A DNA stretch of 64,000 bases from Azolla caroliniana (GCA_043228905.1 JBHGNT010000011.1:19406001-19470000), one strand, 5' to 3'; positions 12,673 through 28,085 are shown, counted from the first letter of the stretch. A program made the numbers and translations. The notes: generated by a model not told the origin, from the sequence alone.

Positions 12673-14488
12673 TATGTTCCGAATTACAGATGAGTCTTTT
12701 TCTAACCTCATTTTAATGATCTTGCTTGCTCCATTCAAGATGTGTGTGCATTCTTGAATCTCCTATTTTTTCTTAAGATATATACATATATATTATATAT
12801 CACACTTACATATCCAGCTTTTCCTTTTTGTTCTATATCCCATTAGAAGAATGTAAAATCCTTTTTTGACAGAAGAAAAAAATACCAACGGAAGTCTGTC
12901 AACGAGAGATTGTAGCTTTGGCTTTTACACATACCCATCTCTCTGAGCTGATAAAATTTGTCTTTTAAGTTTCAAAGTATGTGAACTCTGAAAACAATGT
13001 AATCCATTTTTTATTGGAAAAAAACTGGAAGCATGCAGAAATTTTAGAAACTTCTGTTAGTAAGTGTACTTGGCATCTTTCAATTTATGATTCCACCTTT
13101 TATAAAAGAAACTATCCATAATCTCAAACTATTTCTTTCATGAAGAAAGTCATATAGCAGCCATGGTGAATAAACTGTAAGGGGAAGATTAACTGATATA
13201 TATCAAACTGATTAATGAGAGATGCAATCAAAGACTTATTAGATAATCATGAGATCTGTTCCTGTATGAACTATTTTGAGTTAATAATCATGCAATCTTA
13301 TGAATGATGCATTAGGAGAGGTGGACACGCTTTTCAACTGCATTATGTGAAAGTTTCTCAACTCAGTCCAATAGAAATACTTTTTGTGCTTTAGTTATAT
13401 TCATATGCCGGATGATCATTTACAAGAAAGTGTGTGCATTATTAATGTGAAAATTATCATGTGCGTCAATCCTCATTATTGATATCCTGATCGTCATTCC
13501 CCCTTGGTTATCAATTTAGTTGCTACAGCTTGGCTTTTAGGTTTAATTAATATGTAAATGTTTAACAAGTGCTCTCTGCTAGTTCAGGTTTTATGAAAAT
13601 GGAACAGAAGTTGTGATGCATAATGTGATGGTGTGAGAAGGGAGAAAGGAATCAAACTTTTTGGTTTCAGTAGATATTTTGGAATGACACGTTTGAAATT
13701 TCTGGAAACAACCCTCTCATGATTATGATTTCATAAACTCATGATTTTTGGCATGTGGATATATGCTTGAAATTTCAGTAGCGTTCATGTGGATATATGC
13801 TTGAAATTAGTTCATTCTCTCATCATTATAATTTCATAAACTCATGATTTTTGGCATGAATCTATTTGACAGTTCATGAAATAAAGAACATGATTTTAGT
13901 TAATACTCCTCAGTTTTGAACGTCACTATCATATCTATGTGTTGATTAACATTTAAGTTTATATCTAATAATTCTCAAAGTATTAGCAGTTATTCTAAGA
14001 GTTAAACAAACTTAAAATTTTATCATTCAATATAAAGTTCAAAACAATTGCAAAAGGTACATGCCAAGACTTTAATCAACTTTGTCTTATATATATAATC
14101 TTGATCTCTGTCTTATATCATAAATCAGATACTATTGAAGCTTCAGCACCCCACTATATATCCACTATTTGGGAGCAAAATTACAATTGAATCATGATTT
14201 GGAACACCACAATCTACATGACTCATGCACATTGATAATTGAGAATAGGGAAAAAATAATGCTTATACATGCTGAGGCTAATTCATCCAGTCTGTCTTTA
14301 GAAGGCTATCAAATAAGAGCTCCTACTGAAACTTAGCAATATGTACCATTGACGAATTCATTGAAAAAATTGAGATAAAATCAACATGATGTACGTTACC
14401 TAAATTAGACCCAAATCAGATATAAGTTGAATAAATAAAGGCACCATCAACGTACAAACTTTCCTAAAGTTAATCCCGAAATGTTTTC

Positions 14489-17350
14489 CTAAAAAGGATC
14501 AGACTGATGGTGTAATTCACCTTGGCTGTGAGCAAAATGACAACGATCACCAAATGTGCAAGTTCCCTTTGGAAAGTTTTCACATAGTTTCGATTTGAAA
14601 TCACCACCATTTGCCTTGAGGCGTGTGATATCTTTGTCAGAAAGAAGCTCTCGAACCATCCTACTCGCCTCTTGGATCTGATCAAACGAACCTTCCATTT
14701 CGACATTTTTAAGAGACACATCTGACTCATGATCTTTTATATAGATTTTCGCACCACTTGTGCGAGAAATCGCCTTGGCATTGACCCCCCCTTTACCGAT
14801 GATGATACCAGAAAGAGCTGCATCAATAACAACTTTGGCTATCGACACAGCTCCAAATGAGGCCGCAAGCCCAGGAGGGGATGGCTCCTTATAAGCCTTC
14901 AAAACTATATTATCTTCAAATGTTGCATTAGGAGAAAATCCAAGTGGTCTTCTTCGATCTCCAAAATTACTATTAGATTTCATCAAATCCGCCTCTCCAT
15001 GTGCAAAGTTACATTTCTGGCCAAATCGACATCCCTCTGGGGTATCAAAACTCTTGCATAGGCGTGATTTGAAGCCTGGACGAGTTGATCCTTGTTCACG
15101 TTGAGGCATCATAGGAGTAGTGTGACCTAATGATTCTTTTCGTAAAACCATAGAACTATTTCCAGAAGGGTAAGACCCAAGAGATACCATTCCACCAGGC
15201 ACATAGTGTAAGAAGTGACAACCCTCCCCATATGGACAACCAGATGTACTGAAAATCCAAACCATAGAGAGTTAATGTTCCCAAAGAATCACATATATGC
15301 ACTAACAACTTACGGAATATAGCCACAACTACGCAAAATAATATATTTCTTACAAAAGCAGCACCTGCAACAGTAAAAACATTTAAGCTTGCATAATATC
15401 CATCAGAATAATGAGACACTTCTTGTTGATAATCTGGGCACGCCATAAATATCTGGCAAATCTTTGTCAGACAATTGTCCAGATATATATCCATAAATGA
15501 CAATTTTGGAAAAACACTGAGGAGTGCTTAACTGATGGCCTTACAAAATATAAACATAGTTATAAACTCTGGAATTGAAGTTATTAATTTGATAAAACCA
15601 ACACCCAAATCTGTCTCTATCACGGAAGTGTAGCACTTTCTAATTGGTCATATTAGTATTCAATGGGCATACAGCTTAGCAGCTTCAATAGCTTTCGGAA
15701 TTATTAAGAAATTCATCTCAACTTTCAACGAACATATATTTGTATAAACTATTTGATGCACACGTACAATATGTTCACTCACAAGTATGAAATGTATACT
15801 GTTTAGAGGTATGTATAAATGTATGTATTTTTATCTTACTTAAAGTTGTTACATGTCTACAAGGCATATAAAACATATAGATGTCCACTCACATTCCTAA
15901 TGGTGAAATTATTTTAATCTTAATTAAAGTTGTTAAAGTTAATGGTGAAATTATTTCTGATTTCCATTATAACATAGATTGGGCCCGTTCCTAGAAATTT
16001 TGAGTCCAAAGCTTAAAAGGACAGGATCTTGGATTTCCAATAGTATATTTATTAAGTTTGATGTGTCATTTCTTTTCAAACAGGATAAGGATTAAAACCT
16101 GAAAAATTTGAGGCAAGCCTTTGATTTGCTTCCTATATTTGTTGATAATGGCTCCCTCTCTGCTCCAACACTTCCTTTGGTTCCTTAGAGTATTTATGTA
16201 AGTCAAATTTTTAGATGAAGAACCACATGTTATAATCAAATATTTCCATCAAATGATCAACCTGGAAAATCTTCCAAAAGCAGTAAATTTGGCGGGCATA
16301 TTTTTGAGTAATTAAATATTCAAGTGTGTTTTCAAATTATTCTTTATACCAATAAAGAAATTCAAGTGTTTCACAAATTACCTTAGTTACACAACTTGTT
16401 CAACAATGTTCAAAAATTAGAAAATCAAGTGGAAATATAATTCCTGACTATTAACCTTGTTTCAATTATATTCAAACATTCAAATATTTTCAAGATATGT
16501 TATATGTTTCAGATCTTTTCAAAAGATTCAAGTTTTCCAATATTTTCATAATATTCGAAGTGTTCTGCACGTATTTATAAGATGTTAATTTTAAGAATAT
16601 TTTAAGAAACTGGCTGTTTGGCATATTATCAAAGATTAAAGCGTTTTTTATTATATCTACACTGTTATTATATACGTGTATATCCTAATTCCAACTTGTT
16701 TCATATAATATCCACATGGTAATATCTTGTTGGAAGAAGGTATCATTTTGAAATGTCTGTTCAGATAATATTCCTACACATGTTGGTCGTATCATCTTTT
16801 TGCAGCTTTGCTTATGCCTTTCAGATAACTCAGGACATCATTATCTTGTTTCACCCATTAGCTTTCTTCTGAGTGTATCAAATAGAATGAATAATTCAGA
16901 ACTTACATTTCCCCAGAAAACAAACAGCATGACAATCAAGGCAATGATTTTAACCACAAACTTGATATACCGAAACAAAAGAAATATACGAGCAGTCTGA
17001 GTACAGTAAAGAAAAGGAGAAGAAGAGCACCATGACTACGGACGCAAATTAGAGACTAACAACTGAAGCACAGGTGTGGAGAATGTGGTCATGGAATTTG
17101 GTCATGGAAGAAACAAGAAGAAGAAGAAGAAGAAGAAGAAGAAGAATAAGGAAACCACAGCTACAAAACCAAGCATAAAGAGAAGGAGAGTAGGGGCAAG
17201 AAGCTTACCTGAGGCATGGCCATTGAGAATATGGTCATCGAAGAAGAAGGAAGAGGAGGAGGAAGGAGACGGAGAATGAGAAAGGACGGTAGAATTGGAT
17301 AGGGCGAGGTTCGTTTTCTTCTTCTTCAGCGGAGGAAGAGGAGGTTCCAT
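14489..17350 (-). CDS. CCCH zinc finger + KH domain RNA-binding protein (KHZ/C3H36-C3H52-like). Exons 17350-17209, 16183-16099, 15248-14489
   Basis: Three CCCH fingers: SKSKACLKFF|STSGCPYGEGCHFLH, KSRLCKSF..EGCRFGQKCNFAH and KSKLCENFPKGTCTFGDRCHFAH. KH motif IIGKGGVN lies between fingers 2 and 3. Splice phases are consistent. Confidence 0.93.
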
Positions 17351-17589
17351 TCGCCAAAACCCTAAACCAAACCTCTATCTCTGTGCTTTCTTCTGTGTCT
17401 CTATTTTCTTTGTGCCTGCGCCTGTGTGGGTTTGCACTGTGTATATCCAAATTTACAACATACCCTTGTGTATCGATACCCCTCTCCTGTTTCTGAAATT
17501 ACCCACATACCAATCAATATGTACATACATATACACATACCCATACATAGAACGTAATAAACGTGTTCGTCCAAGCTTACACACGTTTG

Positions 17590-17950
17590 CCATACCCATA
17601 CCACATACATGATAGATACCACACACACCCTTCCTAGTTGACACATAGCACTCGCTTGTTTCCAATGTTACCTACATACACATACACATACACATGTGAC
17701 ATAAACATATACATATACATACACCGTACACGCCTATATACATGCACACACACATATACCACATAAATATATACATACATACATGCGCGCACACATATAC
17801 CGCATAAATACATACATACATACATGTGCACGCACATATACCACATAAATACATACGTACATACATACATGCGTGCACATATACCACATACATACATACA
17901 CACATGCACACACACACACACATATACCACATACGTACATACACACACAA
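17590..17950. repeat. Compound CA/TA-rich low-complexity microsatellite
   Basis: Reiterated CATA/CACA/ATATACCACATA units; the source of several spurious ORFs. Confidence 0.9.
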
Positions 17951-19603
17951 CATGAGCATCCTATACCAATCAATTGCATCCACTTTGAGACATAGGCATG
18001 TTATTTTAAAAACATTAGCAAAACTTAGATAGGTAAAGCATGCCCTTCATCAATTTAAGTTAAGGATTATCCATATGTTAACTTAGCTAGCATAATAATC
18101 TCAATTCATTAAACTCCTAACAAAAGTTCCTAATTAACAAATTAAAAATCAGTGTAAAGTGTATTTATTTTCTCAATACATATAAGCATAATATGTGAAT
18201 TTCCACTTATATTCTTTTATGCATGAGAGAATGGGTCTCAAAAAGTTGTGAGCTGATGACCTGCCAATGAGTATGTAACGCACTCAGTTTTTCTACAATA
18301 AGTCAATATACTTGTTGACTTGAAACTATCTATAATAGTAGGTAGCATCATTCAATATGTTGGCATTGAAACGACATTAAATTTCAATGATTAACATGCC
18401 AAATCCAGTTGTCAACAATCAAATGGGTAACATATGATGTCGTGAGTCTCTATATGCAGTTCAGTTAGCATATAATCAGGCTCTCACCTAGTACTGGTTG
18501 GTAAAAAAGTGAGTGTTTAGCTCTCATTACTGTACTCAGTATATCATACTCTTCTTGCAAATGAGTACACAAATTTTTTTATGTGCCTCTATCAACTTAA
18601 AGCTTGCATACCTAGAACAAAATTTGACTTTATAGGGAAACGAAATGCTTCTTCAAATAATTTAAAAGGTATTTCAACATGAATGCTCACAAAATTTTCC
18701 AAAAAAAAGACAAATTTTCACCTAGTTGTCTCTTGCATATCCATATGAAAATTTAATAAGCCACATAAAGTTAACCAATAATTTGGCATTTGTATCCATG
18801 AAACTTGAAGATTACACATTCCAACTTTAGAGATCAATTTCATTTGTACCACATGAATAAATATGGCTTTGTTGCACACACAATGTCACAAAAAATAAGG
18901 CTTCTGATTTGTGAATAATAAACCACCTAAGAAAATGCATTCACAAAAGACAGAAGTTTATAATGTGTTAATAGTTTTAGTATATTGGTATATATATCTA
19001 TCCAGCTATTGATGGAACAAGTCTGCAGTTCTACATTTCAGGCATTTTATGTAATTGCACACGATGATGCCAAGTTTCTGGCAAGTAGAAAACATACTGT
19101 ATTACAACACATTTTAAAGCATGGAATGAGAGAATTTATGGTTCACATTTCTATAACTTTGGCAATCAAAATCAGACCCCATGCTCCTATCATGATGATA
19201 TTGATCTCTCCTACCTCTTTGGTTATGGATATTGAGATTTACAATTCTCTCCTTTGGCAATTTACCTCCATGCATGGTAGAGAATCAATGCCTGCAAACA
19301 ATCTCTGAAACCTAGCCAACAATAAATGAAGGTTTTGATCCACCTTAAAGACTAGAATTTACGACTCACATATGAGCAGCTTAGCTTCCAGTCCAAGTTT
19401 GACAAGCCTACTATCTAACACAGACAGAAGGGGAGGATACCTTACATTTTCAAACCGTCACAGAAAAGCTTTATTTTCCAAAACTTTAGAATGCCTTGAG
19501 GTATCAATAAATTATTCATCATTTCCAAAGTTAAGGAGCAAATATTCCACTTGTACGAAATTTGAGCTCCACCTCCAGCATGCCTAATGATTCATTGTGA
19601 GAT

Positions 19604-19943
19604 ATGTTGGTTCCAAATCATTACATATTACTGTGGCACGTTGGTATGAGTTATTCGCTGAGCATGTCAAAACATTTGAGTCAAAGTTTCGGATTGCATT
19701 CTTATATATCCAAAAGCATCAGCATACTAGTTAATCACCCAGTTTTTGCTCCCGAGTCACATGGCAAGTTGGTATGATGGTTCCAAATCATTACATATTA
19801 CTGTGGCAAGTTGGTATGAGTTATTCGCTGAGCATGTCAAAACATGTGAGAGTCAAAGTTTCGGATTGCATTCTTATATATGTATCCAAAAGCATCAGCA
19901 TACTAGTTAATCACCCAGTTTTTGCTCCCGAGTCACATGGCAA
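19604..19943. repeat. ~170-bp tandem duplication downstream of the RCE1 stop
   Basis: Near-identical copies begin ATGtTGGTTCCAAATC (19604) and ATGaTGGTTCCAAATC (19774). Confidence 0.92.
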
Positions 19944-20053
19944 TTCACGTTCATCCTCAGCTGTTTCACAATCCAAACTACCTCCTAGTGATTTGATCCA
20001 TTGAATTCCTTCTTCATTCAGCTTCAGATGGAATGTTTTACGATGTCATTGTG

Positions 20054-22788
20054 CTACTTCCACCTGCAATAGCCTAACCAGTAATTGCATCCACCAGAAA
20101 GGTAATTGTATATTGACGGATCTGACAATGGTGAAAGCATGAAGAAAAAACTGACAATACCAGCTACAAGAAGGAAAATTAACTCTGCAGCCACCAACAA
20201 AATACTTCCAAGTATTAGGAATTTATTCTGATCTAATTAATATATACAGTACATACTAGCATTTTTGCAATATATTATAAAACTGATTCCATAATAACAT
20301 AACAGTGCATCAAACAAGATGATAATACTACCTTTTTTTTGCACCACTGAACGAAGATCAGGTAATCCCATAATGTTGCAAAAAACATGAGCACTTAATG
20401 GTGCCAATATATTTCCTACAATCACAAAATGATAATCATCATGATCTTCAAGAATGCTCGGAATACCAATAAATAGAAATTACCAATGCATTGAAAATGT
20501 TACCAGTACGCAGGTAGAGAAACGAGGTATACCAACCGAAAATAGTTGTATAGCAAAACTGAATACCTGAAAATGGACCCACCACAGATGGTTCATAAAA
20601 ACATAACTCTACATTTCCAAATATTGAAATTCACAAGGTTTGACGGAGAACTATTTACCTACAATAATAAGTGCTCTTGTCCTGTCATAATTTTGTATAT
20701 GTACAAGCTCCCAGAAGTGGTTTACATGAGCTGTGAATATTAAATTATATAGATATATATTAGCTCCTTTTCAATTTACACAGATGAAATATAAGCTCCT
20801 ATGCTCCATCAATTTCCGATATTTTGTCATTCTCGTATATGTAACAAGGTCTGCCTGTTTACGGCAAAGGCACATCATTTTTCTTCTTCATTGTTTAAAT
20901 TAGTATGGTATTTTTTGCTTTGTACCTAGACCAAAAAATAATGGACAAAAGAAAATAATTGTGATGGATCGTACTCCAGCACAAAGTAGAAGGGGTATCA
21001 TGCATGCTCTAAACACAATTTCCTCTGTCAATGGTGCCTGAAGAATAGACAGCAAAACCAATTGTAAGCTTATGATCTGTGCACTTTACAAACCACTAAG
21101 CAAAGGTGCATTTTGCCCAATTTCAGAATTAAAGAAAGTTCATTTTGCTATCTGCCACAAATACCCCCCCTTTTTCCCACAGAATATGCATATAAACAAA
21201 TAAAGAACCTATGCAACCATATGGTGGTGGTTCCTCAGACGAAAATTTATTGAGGAAGTTTCCTGGAAGTGTGTCAGAATCCTAATGTGGCAGTCAAGTC
21301 CCTAAACACACAAGTATGAGTTCAACACCTGACTTTTCCGGGGGTTCTTATGAAACAGGAGATCAAAATCCATACCCAAAACCAGATTAGATAAACAAAT
21401 ATGATATATACATATATTATATAAAGATAGATATAGAGATATATTTGTAAACCCAGAATATGTACAACTGCATGACTAAGAAAGTGGGATTGATTATAAA
21501 ATAATTAAAGCCAAATTCTGAGCAGCACAAATCAAATTGTATGATAGAAATGGAATAATAAACATCATGTTGATCATCAACTATTCACATTTGTTGAACA
21601 ATTCACAAAGATTTCTGAATGAAAAAATCATATTAATTTCATAGTCAAACACATGTTTTTCCATACTTCAATTATCCTCTTTTTATTGTTATTCCTATAA
21701 TTCAGCAGTTTAACTGCTTCAAGAAAAGGAAACACTGACCAGAATATAATTCCTCCAGACAAGAATATCACCAAATACTAGTTTCAAGTTATCTACGAAA
21801 CACCAAGCTGCCTCTTTCAATGTGTAGCCACAGTTTGTGGCATTAGTTCCCTGATGCCACTTCTCATACATTTCTAATACCCTTGCAATCAGAGGCCCCA
21901 GGTAGAGCAAAGACGTCAAAATGACAGGGAATGCAACTGCTTGCCACTGTTTTATAAAGTAACATTGTAGTAGTTATTAGCACTGCATTTTAAAGAGTCG
22001 AAACTATGATTTTCAAACATCTACGTTAAAAAACCTTAAAACTAGTAAGAAAAATATCCTCTTACTTTTTAATTAGTATTAACTTTCAATCACATATCTA
22101 TACTACATTGTTAATCTTTCTCTGCTATTTTTTTAAATATTATGTTTACTCTGATACATTATTTTTCTTTTTTCTATACTACATAACGTCTTGTTTGGTC
22201 TCATAGGCTGTTTCTTCAAAGACAATACATCTTTTTCTCTTTCTTCGAAATAGTTCTAAAGGTCCAGACATCCCTATCTTTGCAAATAAGGGAAAGACAG
22301 AATGCATTTTGCATTAATGTACTTTTTAATAAGTATTAACTTTCATCACATATCTATACTACATTGTTATCCTTTCTCTGCTATTTTTTTAAATATTATG
22401 TTTACTCTAATAAATTACTTTCCTTTTTATATACTACATAACATCTTGTTTGGTCTCATAGGCTGTTTCTTCAAAGATAATACATCTTTTTCTCTTTCTT
22501 CGAAATAGTTCTACAGGTCCAGTCATCACTATCTTTGCAAATAAGAGAAAGACATAATGCATTTTGCATTAATATCTTTTTCTCCAATGAAATAAACCAA
22601 ATACAGAAGTAGAACTATACATAAGACTAGGCACGTGATTCTGCAAGATAGAAAAGCAAGGACAGTCGACTTACCAAATGATGAGATCTGATCCCAAAAG
22701 TATCAAGCCAAGAAACCATGTCCATATTTCTTTCCACTTTTATCTATGGTGTACATAACATTTCAATTATGTGAGATTATGCAAAGAG

Positions 22789-22819
<31 letters not shown>

Positions 22820-23965
22820 TAGTGTTGTGAATAGAGTAAAAAGAATAGATTTTTTACTGTCTACAAGGAGGTCGACCTATAGGAACAAATATACATACCA
22901 TCTTGTAGATGATTCCTTAAGAACAGGGGGTTATCCGTCTATAACAACACTTTCCATATAGCTCTTGGGATGTAATGCATCGTTTGAAATGCATTCACGT
23001 GCACAAACTTCATTCGCATTTTCTGCTAGTGTTTTCTTAATGGGGACATCTCTCCATTTCATCATGAATTTTTTATTGCATCTTTTTTTGCCTCAAGTCT
23101 ACTTCGTTTGAACTATTGTGAGGTGATGCAACGAAGCATATTTCTTCACTAAGAATACTGTGAATTGTTTTCTGACATATGGTTCACACGTGAAATGATG
23201 CAAAGAAAAAGAAAATTACTTGAAATGCTGTAAGACGATAAAAAGACACATAATTCTTCACGTCAAATGTTGTGAGGTAAGGCCACAAAGCATACTTCTC
23301 CATGTGAAATGCTGTGAATTGTTGTGAGATGATGCAAAGACATGTATTTCACTTGTGAGTGAAAGCAAGATGTTTCACATGCTAAGGACAATGCTGTACA
23401 GGAAGGACTGCAAAAAATCGAGCTCAAATATGGGATGCTGTACTGAGGTGATGCCAAATTTCACAGAGAAAAACATGATTCATATATTAACTATGTGAAA
23501 AAGATGATTCGTAAGCAATTTCTAAGTGATGATGAAAAGGAAAGGATGGATGATGCAGGCAGAGGACAACTCGTATCGCTCTCGATGCTTATGGAAGGGA
23601 CGAGGAGAATATTGCCTGGAGATGGACCAGATTCAACACAAGACAAGGTACCTAGATACATGTGCGAAGAAGGAAAATAAGAACAAAGACAAAAATTATC
23701 GGGGGGAATAACTTACAGATACGTGGAAAAGGAGGCGTTGAGAGATGAGGACACACAGGAAGCTCGCCGCGATGGCTCCAGCGAAGCGTCTAAGGATGTG
23801 GTGGTGGAGAGAAGGGGGAGGTGGGAGGCGCAGGACGAGGGAAGGGAGGTACAGGAGAGAGACGTACAGGAATGCCATGGCTGCACAAGCGCATACAGCG
23901 GCCAAAGGGGAGATGAGATGGAGATCGTGATGGAGATGAAGAGGATCTCCCTCTGTAGCTTCCAT
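20054..23965 (-). CDS. RCE1: CAAX prenyl protease 2 (RCE1/FACE2). Exons 23965-23717, 22743-22675, 21946-21740, 21037-20926, 20730-20659, 20566-20504, 20415-20332, 20184-20054
   Basis: Rce1 motifs WRNYILAPLTEEIVFRACM, FFGLAHVNH, QFCYTTIFGWYTSFLYLRTG and HVFCNIMGLP. Hydrophobic membrane profile and consistent splice phases. Confidence 0.93.
22064..22573. repeat. ~256-bp tandem duplication in RCE1 intron 2
   Basis: TACTTTTTAAT.AGTATTAACTTTC...TTTTGCATTAAT occurs twice (22064 and 22320) with scattered substitutions. Confidence 0.92.
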
Positions 23966-24299
23966 GGCGAACTCTTGTTCTCTAACACCTCTGCTGCTGC
24001 TGCTCCTTCTGCTTCTGCTTCTGCTTCGTCCACATCGTTATCCTGCATACTGTCCCGCCATTTTTGGACACTGAGAAAGCTCGCCTTTCAGACTTTCTTT
24101 CTTCCTCCCTTCCGGTTGCCGGTTAGTTTCTTTTTCTTTCCTTGCCGGTCACCCGGTACTGCTTTCTCGAGATTTGCCGGTGTGCCCCCAACTCTTCTTC
24201 TACACTTAACCATAGTTTGACCTTTTAAGTATAGATCAAAGAGAGAGACCTAGGGCTAGTAATGTAACACCTTACCCTTAGGGTAAGATAATTACAATA

Positions 24300-26000
24300 A
24301 AAAGAGCGACATATAAATCAAACTAAAGTAGTGGTTTTTAGAACCACTCAAAGTTTTATACGAACTAAAATCCATCTCACGAGAGGAGAAGGTGGCATAG
24401 ACACGCTCCTACGTGTAGTACTTAGGAGTAACATTCACAAGGCCTCAGTTCTCCTTATGGAGAGCTGCTTGCTCTCTCAACTTTCTCATGGATGTGCCGC
24501 GTGTGGTGCTCTTTGGAAGACAATGTGCACATTTTGCAGTTCCAAGAGCTTCAAACCAATTTGATACACTTGTCGCTCCAACTCTTCTCTATGGAGTATA
24601 AACACCATGTCTAAGTCCTAACAAAGCAAATAACTTCAATGATTTCGAGACACCTTTTATCTCAACGATTGCTCACGTGATAAGGAGGAAGCATCCATGC
24701 CCCATTACATAATTTGAGTAGAGATGAGAGCAGTCACAATAATCATTGATGCATTATATCTAATTAATGAGCAATATCCAATGGCTTATGGGGAGCATCC
24801 TAAACGAAGTTACTCAAGGCTAGACTTATGTCATCAAAACAACTTGCTAAACCTAGAGATATTCATTGATGGTATGTTGAAATGTAACGATGATTTGAGT
24901 CACAAGGCAATAAGCATAAATGCACTAGCCCCCCTTCCAACATAGGGTAGGTTCTCCTCATCTAAACATGACCAAAGTGAACGAGAATAGAATGATTAGA
25001 ATTGATATCATCGAGTTGGAAAACAAAACAACATGGATCAGCCCCACAACTCTCGATAAGAAGATGGACCATTATACGACACTTTTTACACACAATCGGA
25101 GTATAGATTCATCATCATGCCTTCTTATATGGACAAACATTTGTCCCATGAGTTGCATAAGAGTGATAGGTTAGTTGCAAACTTCTTCACATTAATTAGA
25201 AATTGAGATATGCACATATATTGCATATACTTTTTCATGAAATAAAAGGGAGATACAATTGGTTCTTTAATCAAAGGTTTGACTAAGTTGTTGGAATAAG
25301 AGGACCAACATTGCATAGGACTTTTCTTGTTACAACTCAAGAGACATGAGGGGAAGTTGTTGAAGGACATCAATATAACAAGACAAATCAACAAAGAATA
25401 ATCACAACTTTCTTTACACTCTTGCTAGAAGCCAATCAAGGGCTATACAAATACATCACTAATGGGTTCCAGTAGTTCAGGCAATAACAATTTGCCATGC
25501 ACATAGGCCACGACCTTGTGGGCAATGATCCCACCACACTTGTCATCGGCAAATAAGAAGGCCATTATTGTAAAGGTCATAGTTGAGAATAAGACAAAAT
25601 GAGAGGATACCAATGAGGATGAAGATGATGTAGCCATCAACTCTAATACGTAATGCCATGGTCGTAGACAAGAACAAGATAGAATGATTGAAGAGAATAA
25701 TAAGAGGAAACAAAAAACAAGAGGAGAATGTAGTTATATTACCAAGGAAAACATGAATACAAGAACAAGAATATTCCAAAGACCAACATTGAACCAAAAG
25801 ATTTATCAACGAGTGATAGTTGGACCCATACATGCTTGTCACCTCAAATCCATGCATGATCGCCACTTGCATTCATGCAATCATGCATTAATTGTGTGCG
25901 AGATGATGTCATCTCATAATATTATATATATAACCAAGCTTATATTACAATAAAATGGTAACCTATTTGTTAAAGCATCTATTCTATGAAAGAGCTCATA
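24300..26000 (-). mobile_element. Degenerate LINE RT remnant
   Basis: Catalytic-like FLFADD on the minus strand (~25540-25560) and an LP..EGG-like motif near 24930-24950. Heavily interrupted. Confidence 0.5.
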
Positions 26001-28085
26001 TGTTCAGGATTCACATCCGCTTATGACCTTGTGGTGATTATGGTACTATATAAATGCTATTTTGTATAGATGTTCATGGTATAACACTATACCCTTCCCT
26101 CGATGACGAGTTCCACAAGTTGTAATGCATGATTTTTAAATAGGCTTATTGGGATATTGATGATGAAATTCGACTATGATTTAAATGGCACTAGCATTTG
26201 TTTGAAGAGGTTCTCAAGTTTAATCACTAAATGTAACCTTATTCTTCAATTTTATATAATCACATTCTCTTATTTTCTCAATCTCTTCCATCATTCCCAA
26301 CAACTTTTTGTTTCAGGTGAGTAGCACATACTGCTACTACAAACTCCAACTACATTCAAACTACCTTTTCCCATATTTTCAACACTAAGATTGTGGACCA
26401 CATTAGTATCACTACAGATATTGTCAACTATGCACACTAGGATATGAGTTCTATATCAAATTGTTATCAATAAGAATTATTATTAACTACTTGTTCTCCT
26501 AGAAAGGTGTACCTCAAAGAGTGTAGAAAATTTGAAGCCAAAGCATAAAAACAATTCAAGAACATTATGGGGGGGCATGTCAACAAGTATGAAGAGAAGA
26601 GGGATCCCATTGGACCTTCATCTCATTCATTGACGCCAACACAACAAACAACAAATACAGCAATGAGAAAGACATCTTAAAGTTAAGGCGAGGAAAAGCT
26701 TAAGGACAGAATATCTACAAATTGGCAACAAAAAATATACCGACATACACTTCCAACACAAAATATAGCTAAACCAATGGCAAAAATCACCCTAGATTAC
26801 TTGAAATCATGTTTGCAAAGCTAAGAAGACATCTAGAAGAACGATGCATTTGCTTAGATCTAAGGCACACAAACTAAAGAGAGAAGAAAAACTGCAAATT
26901 TTCCCTGACACCTAATATGTAAAAGACAAACAGGCTAAGACCCAATGTTCTAATTGACCATCATATATAGGTGAAGCTTCTAATTTTGTCTTCATCAAAG
27001 CTGCTAGGTGTACTGCAACAAGGGATCTAGTTCCAATGCAAATGAGATGTTGAACATCAACAACTTTTACACTTGCCAAATTTCGTCTATTTTTTGTAGA
27101 TAACATCCATATACTTGACAAAGATTAATATTGACTGTTATAAAACATTCACATCAACTGCATTCTGCTCAGTTTTAAATCTTAGTGATTCAACAGTAGA
27201 TGACATCACAAAGGGATATGATGCCACGAAAGTGTCCTACATTCATACAGCTTCAGATGGGAATACTTCAACTGCCATTTAAGTTGAAACAGTGAAATAA
27301 TAATGCAATATCATTCATTATTGCTTTCATGGTGTGATCTGAACAAAAGTAAGAATTAGAACATGAATAACACCTAGACCAATAACATCAAAGACGGTAG
27401 AATGAGAACATTGTTAATGATGGACAAGAAAATAAATACAAATAGGAAAGCAAAATAAGAATTTCCCACTTTCAGAAAGGAAAGAAACAAATTTAACTAC
27501 CCTCAAAAACATAATAAAGCATGCAAAGTAAATAAATGGACACTTAGTGAATCATTTTCTGAAAAACCAAAGTGTAAAGTAAATGGATTGTGTTCTTCGC
27601 ATTAACTAATCAATATGTACAACCCACAGAATATAAATGTAAAAATATAATGTTTAGAAGATAGTTTCAACCTGCTGTTTTGCCAGCTACAAGAAAGGGT
27701 CCAGGTAACAAATCACTTCAGAGAGACTGTACAGTTGGTGATGCTACCCCTTGATCTTATACAGAGATAGCTAAAGCTAAATATATATATATATGAGATG
27801 TGTATGGATGTACATAGAAATATATATAGATAGCTTTTTCATCTTGTTAAACTTTTTCTTTGCTCGATATTTAACTGCAGAGAAGAATGTGAAGTGTGGC
27901 TGTTTCTACCCGCCAAAGTTGTTGGAACATACATTTCGTTACATATTGAGATTTGCTGACACAGCAGAGCTTGAAAACACCAAACACGATGAACGAAAAA
28001 TGCTAGAGATAACTATTCACACCAAAATACATTTTTTGCACGTTATGTATAATTTTGCAGAGCTGCTCTTTTTTGTGCATACTTT

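Noticed and set aside
17401-18032. Overlapping Cys/Val/Tyr/Met-rich ORFs
   Set aside because: Translations of a CA/TA microsatellite, not genes.
19113-19290. Exon-like 53-codon minus-strand stretch (MHGGKLPKERIV...) downstream of RCE1
   Set aside because: No recognisable homology; could be 3' UTR or chance.
23713-24220. ORFs of 111-165 aa overlapping RCE1 exon 1
   Set aside because: Shadow frames of a GC-rich exon and 5' UTR.
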